A stretch of 64,000 bases of DNA, from assembly GCA_963697165.1 (NCBI GenBank), contig CAVOMX010000022.1, positions 21,485 to 85,484 on the forward strand, given 5' to 3'. Shown here piece after piece: positions 60,201 through 64,000 of this stretch. The notes beneath the pieces were generated by a model, which searched no databases, was not told the origin of the DNA, and saw only the letters and a list, made by a program, of their open reading frames with translations. Positions within the stretch are counted from its first letter, which is position 1; each line of letters starts with the position of its first letter. A program made the translations under genes and the position numbers. This DNA comes from Candidatus Bathyarchaeota archaeon (GTDB lineage: Archaea; Thermoproteota; Bathyarchaeia; Bathyarchaeales; Bathyarchaeaceae).

Positions 60201-61278
60201 GAGTTCAACTAAACAGAAGAAGGATGTGATTCTGAATGACCTTAGGGGGTTTGGCAGTGACCTTTATGATCAAATGGAGCAGGGTATGTTTCCTTGGGTG
60301 GAGATGCCGAGCCGTTCCACCGAAAACATTTACTATAGTCCTGATGTGCGGCAGTATATCTTAGGCGAGAAGAGCGTTAAGCGTAATGCTCGGAATATTC
60401 GTCACATTAAGCCTTTCACGCAGATGGTTTGGGCTGGTTTCTTTGCCAGCGAGCTTGTGAAGAACCGGAAAACTTCGACTCTCAGGGATGTGTATTATTC
60501 TGCTCAGGCTTACGAGATGACCTTCAAGGATCAGCCCGAGTCCAACAACATTCTAACTGACTTGGAGACTGCTACTGGTTTTGCTAGAGAGGACTTCAAT
60601 ATTTTTCCTGAGGAGCGTTCAGCCCTCTTCGGCGATTTAACCATCGAGTATACTGTTCCGGGTTATGAAGGAAAACAGTTGAACATGACTTCTCATCCTG
60701 ATGGGGTTATGATTGGTCCCTCTGTTGTTTCTTCAGAGTTTGCTAAAAATGGCTGTGACAAGGTTATTGCCATCGAGAAAGGTGGTTTGTTTACTAGGTT
60801 TATTGAGGAGCGGGTTCACGAAAAGTTTAATGCGCTTCTTGTTTTGACTGCTGGTCAGGCGCCTCGGGCGACTAGGCATTTTCTTAATCGGTTGAATCGG
60901 GAGTTGGATCTTCCAGTCTACATTTTCACTGATGGTGACCCGTGGGGAATGCATATTGCCATGGTTATTATTTCTGGTTCAGCGAATGCGGCTCATCTTA
61001 GAGACTTGACGACGCCTGATGCTAAATGGGGTGGAGTCTACGCCACGGATATTGTTGATTACAAGTTGCCTACTGATCCGTTGACGGATGTGGATATTAA
61101 GCGTCTTCACGAGTTGGAGAAGGACCCCAGATATACTGGAGACCTGTGGAAGCGGGAGATTAAGACGTTTCTTAAGATTAAGAAGAAGGCGGAGCAAGAG
61201 GCTTTCAGCAGATACGGCTTAACCTACATTGTTGACGAGTATCTGCCAGCGAAAATGGAAGAAATGTCTGCTGATTAG
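60181..61278 (+). CDS. top6A: DNA topoisomerase VI subunit A
   Basis: TLRDVYY (catalytic Tyr), IEK, DGDPWG, KAEQEA. Confidence 0.97.
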   Translation: MTSKKSESSTKQKKDVILNDLRGFGSDLYDQMEQGMFPWVEMPSRSTENIYYSPDVRQYILGEKSVKRNARNIRHIKPFTQMVWAGFFASELVKNRKTSTLRDVYYSAQAYEMTFKDQPESNNILTDLETATGFAREDFNIFPEERSALFGDLTIEYTVPGYEGKQLNMTSHPDGVMIGPSVVSSEFAKNGCDKVIAIEKGGLFTRFIEERVHEKFNALLVLTAGQAPRATRHFLNRLNRELDLPVYIFTDGDPWGMHIAMVIISGSANAAHLRDLTTPDAKWGGVYATDIVDYKLPTDPLTDVDIKRLHELEKDPRYTGDLWKREIKTFLKIKKKAEQEAFSRYGLTYIVDEYLPAKMEEMSAD

Positions 61279-61564
61279 TTTTTTCTACTTTAGAATGGCT
61301 GATTACTTTCGATTTGGTTTTGTGTTCTATTTGTCTTCCCGAATTATGTTCCTTATGCCTCTAGAGATTATGTTGGTTATGTTGCAAACTAACATGAATA
61401 TGTGATATATTGCTTTACACTATATCCGTCTTTCGGGAAATTCGGGTATGGGGAAAAATCCTGATGGAGTAAATGGACTGTTAAATCATCTTCTTTTGGG
61501 ATATTTGAAGAATTCTAACAGAAGCGATTTTAGTAATGTTTATTACCTTCGATTTCCCCTTTTG

Positions 61565-61644
61565 GAACGCGTGGTACCCCAATCTAAAACTAGCTTTATC
61601 TCCCCCTGATGGCTCAGTTTTATTCTGGTTGGGGTACTACGTTC
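61565..61644 (+). other. Long imperfect intergenic hairpin
   Basis: GAACG..TGGTACCCCAATC/GGTTGGGGTACTA-CGTTC, TAAAACT/AGTTTTA, AGC/GCT. Confidence 0.55.
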
Positions 61645-61742
61645 TGCTCAAGTTCATGATTTGAAACCTTTTTCTTTTAAGCAGTTTATCATGTAAGCGA
61701 AAAATATTTTGCCATAAGCATTAAAATGTTTTAAAGCAAGAA

Positions 61743-62093
61743 ATGCTTGTTGTTGTGGAGGCTAAACTGTTGTTTCATAGGGGCAAACATAAGTTAACCG
61801 TGGAGTTAGGCAAATTGAAGGACGAAAGCGAATCCTTGTCTAGTTTCTTGAGTTCTAAACTTAAGGCTGATGTGGCTTTAAGAGGTAACAAAATCTTTGT
61901 TCATCAGGATTCTTTGTCTTCAGAAGAGCTGAAGAGGCTGGTGAACAAGTTTGTTTATCATCAGAATCTGAATCACAGGTTTTGGGTTGCACTGGAAGGC
62001 GATGTCGTGAAGGTCAACAAGTTTAAGCATTGTGATAAGCAGGATAAACAGAAGCAGGGAACGGTTCCTTCAACAATTAAGCATGGTTGGTAG
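61743..62093 (+). CDS. Ribosomal protein eL22-like protein
   Basis: FL--KLK..V...NKI-V..S---LKRLVNKF----NL---WV pattern resembles eukaryotic L22e by eye; start may be TTG 61770. Confidence 0.6.
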   Translation: MLVVVEAKLLFHRGKHKLTVELGKLKDESESLSSFLSSKLKADVALRGNKIFVHQDSLSSEELKRLVNKFVYHQNLNHRFWVALEGDVVKVNKFKHCDKQDKQKQGTVPSTIKHGW

Positions 62094-62108
62094 GAAAGAA
62101 AAAAATAG

Positions 62109-62492
62109 TTGCATGCGGTCAAGGGAATGGTCTTGGCTGATATGTTAACTACTGATTCGTTTTTCAGAGCAAAAATCGTTTACTTGATTCTCTCAAAGGA
62201 CACAAATGAGGCTCTCGAGTTGCTGAGCAGTCATTATGGGGTTGTTGAGCCTAAACTTAAGGTTGGCATGCCGAAACGTTACTCAAAGAATCCTGCCTGT
62301 TACGTACACAAGAACAGGACAATTCATGTTTCATGCAGGGAAATTCTTTATAATCCCCACGTAATCCTTCATGAGTTCTATCATCACCTCAGAAGCGTCA
62401 CAGACGCGCAGGGCGGCATAGAAAAATACGCCGACAGCTTCGCAAAAGACTACCTGCAAGCCTACCAACAAACAACAAAACGTGAACCATAA
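62109..62492 (+). CDS. Hypothetical minimal zincin-like protein
   Basis: ILHEFYHH (HExxH) and E--AD-FA motif. Confidence 0.7.
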   Translation: MHAVKGMVLADMLTTDSFFRAKIVYLILSKDTNEALELLSSHYGVVEPKLKVGMPKRYSKNPACYVHKNRTIHVSCREILYNPHVILHEFYHHLRSVTDAQGGIEKYADSFAKDYLQAYQQTTKREP

Positions 62493-62510
62493 AAAGTTGC
62501 TAAAAGTTCA

Positions 62511-62906
62511 ATGAGGTGGTCAAGTTTGGATAAGGAAATTTTTGTTGAGCGCACGGTTGTTGACAGTATTTTGAGTTATGCGCAGATATGTCATCCTAAA
62601 GAGTCGATTCTTCTTCTGAAAGGCAAAGTCGACAAAAAGAAAATAGTGGTTACTGATGTTCAGATTCCGCCGTTGGCAACTCATGGAAGTGCCTTTTCCA
62701 GTTTTCCCTTAAGCAGGCTCCCAATCGATTTCTCAGTCGTCGGAGTTGCACACTCGCACCCGTCAGGGGCGTTGCGTCCCTCCATTCTAGACCTAAACAA
62801 GTTCTATGGGAGAATAATGCTCATAACCGCGTACCCATACCAAACAGAACAGAACATAATAATACTTGACCGAAAAGGGCAACCACAAAACTACAAGATA
62901 CTCTGA
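62511..62906 (+). CDS. JAMM/MPN+ (Mov34) metalloprotease
   Basis: HPKE and HSHPSG---PS--D. Confidence 0.9.
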   Translation: MRWSSLDKEIFVERTVVDSILSYAQICHPKESILLLKGKVDKKKIVVTDVQIPPLATHGSAFSSFPLSRLPIDFSVVGVAHSHPSGALRPSILDLNKFYGRIMLITAYPYQTEQNIIILDRKGQPQNYKIL

Positions 62907-63021
62907 AATCCTCTCTCGCTAACCACACAAAAATGGATATTGCTCAGTCGCTCTAAGTCCAAAAACTTGTTATTCTCTTCCCGACCAACCGACCACATAT
63001 GAATAGGGTTTTAACTGAGGT

Positions 63022-63456
63022 TTAAGCTAAAGAAATTATTATTGCCCCTGCTGTCATGAGCGCCACTCCTAATGCCACTGGTAAAGTGATTTTCTCAGCT
63101 AAAAACAGGGCTGCAAATATAATCACAAAAACTACACTGAGTCTGTCAATTGGTACTACTTGAGACGCTTTTCCATATTGTAACGCTAAGAAATAGAATA
63201 TCCACGATGCAGCTCCTGCTAAACCCCCAAGAAATATATAGAATAAAGATTTTGAATCGAGCGTGGTTGCTATCTGCATTTTTCCCGTGAATAACATGAG
63301 AACAATAATTACTGCAAACATTATTCCCGCGCGTATTCCACTAGCGGTTATCGAGTCTACTCCTTCAAGACCCCTTTTTCCAAATATAGCCACAAGGGCT
63401 GCTGTTATTGCAGAAAGTATTGCATATATCAACCATTGCATGCTAGTTTTCACCAT
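63022..63456 (-). CDS. EamA/DMT family transporter
   Basis: AALVAIFGK-GL, SW-FYF-ALQ-G-AS-V-PIDRLS. Confidence 0.9.
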   Translation of the reverse strand: MVKTSMQWLIYAILSAITAALVAIFGKRGLEGVDSITASGIRAGIMFAVIIVLMLFTGKMQIATTLDSKSLFYIFLGGLAGAASWIFYFLALQYGKASQVVPIDRLSVVFVIIFAALFLAEKITLPVALGVALMTAGAIIISLA

Positions 63457-63759
63457 TTATTCACATCTATATCTCAATTGGGTTCCCCATTTCAGATGAG
63501 ACTAGAACAGAACACCTTTTATAATTTTGTAGGCAATTCCCAATTCTCTTTTCGATATTTTGGGTTTGGGGTGTTAAATTTTATTCCACACTCTGTCTTA
63601 GTTTCATTGTCTTTTAGCTTTTCTCGAAAACACGTTTAACCGTTGATTTAGCTGTACTTTGAAAACTTGCTCATTTAGACATTATATCAAACCTATGCTA
63701 AACTCAGATAAATTAAAATAAGTCTTGAGACTGTAAAATTAAACCTTGAGGATTCTAAC

Positions 63760-63960
63760 ATGAGCACAGAGATGCCCCTAAGCTTAGCAGTAACCGAGAA
63801 ACTATTCGGATTAGTACTCGTCATTATCGGAGCAATTTTTTCATACACATCTCTCACTCCTCCATCAGGTGACATCAGCCACTTCTCAAGCATCTTCGTA
63901 GTCCTCGGCGTAGTAATCGCGGTGGCAGGCATCTTTCTGTTAATATCAAAAGCTGAGTAA
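63760..63960 (+). CDS. Small two-TM membrane protein
   Basis: 66-aa hydrophobic ORF with GAGGA RBS. Confidence 0.65.
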   Translation: MSTEMPLSLAVTEKLFGLVLVIIGAIFSYTSLTPPSGDISHFSSIFVVLGVVIAVAGIFLLISKAE

Positions 63961-64000
63961 CCCGTAGAGCTTTCCTTTTTGAACAAAGAAGGAAACGGCA

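Noticed and set aside
1..64000. CRISPR arrays, rRNA, transposases, inteins, and the many short antisense ORFs in the track
   Set aside because: No regularly spaced repeats, rRNA or transposase motifs were seen; RpoA, RpoB and Top6A are of normal length; the antisense ORFs are shadows of well-supported genes

Overview
Archaeal chromosomal window, most consistent with Bathyarchaeia/TACK. This is an inference from unsplit RpoB, fused RpoA'-A'', an eL22-like protein, an HdrA-MvhD fusion, AOR and topoisomerase VI. Housekeeping content: rnz, trm11, prs, class II HMG-CoA reductase, alanine dehydrogenase, thrC, cobT/cobZ, rpoB-rpoA-rpl30e-nusA, aIF2beta-DUF424-rio1-KH-top6BA and three tRNAs. The tRNAs are Lys-TTT with a 16-nt D-arm intron, Asp-GTC, and a CAT tRNA that is probably Ile2. 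An arsenic-resistance island follows tRNA-Asp (2x arsR, acr3, arsM, ferredoxin, two unannotated Cys-rich mini-ORFs). A ~20 kb redox region (33.8-53.5 kb) holds polyferredoxin-hdrA/mvhD, hypABCDEF, a ferredoxin-MvhD x2 gene with nfnAB, an hdrC/hdrB deletion scar, hycI and aor; many of these redox genes carry indels. The most novel-looking signals are (1) a ~240-nt highly base-paired Y-shaped intergenic RNA candidate at 38908-39147 with duplicated loop motifs, and (2) an operon that appears to couple NfnAB to Hdr through a tandem MvhD-ferredoxin adaptor. All calls come from reading the sequence; no searches or folding programs were run.
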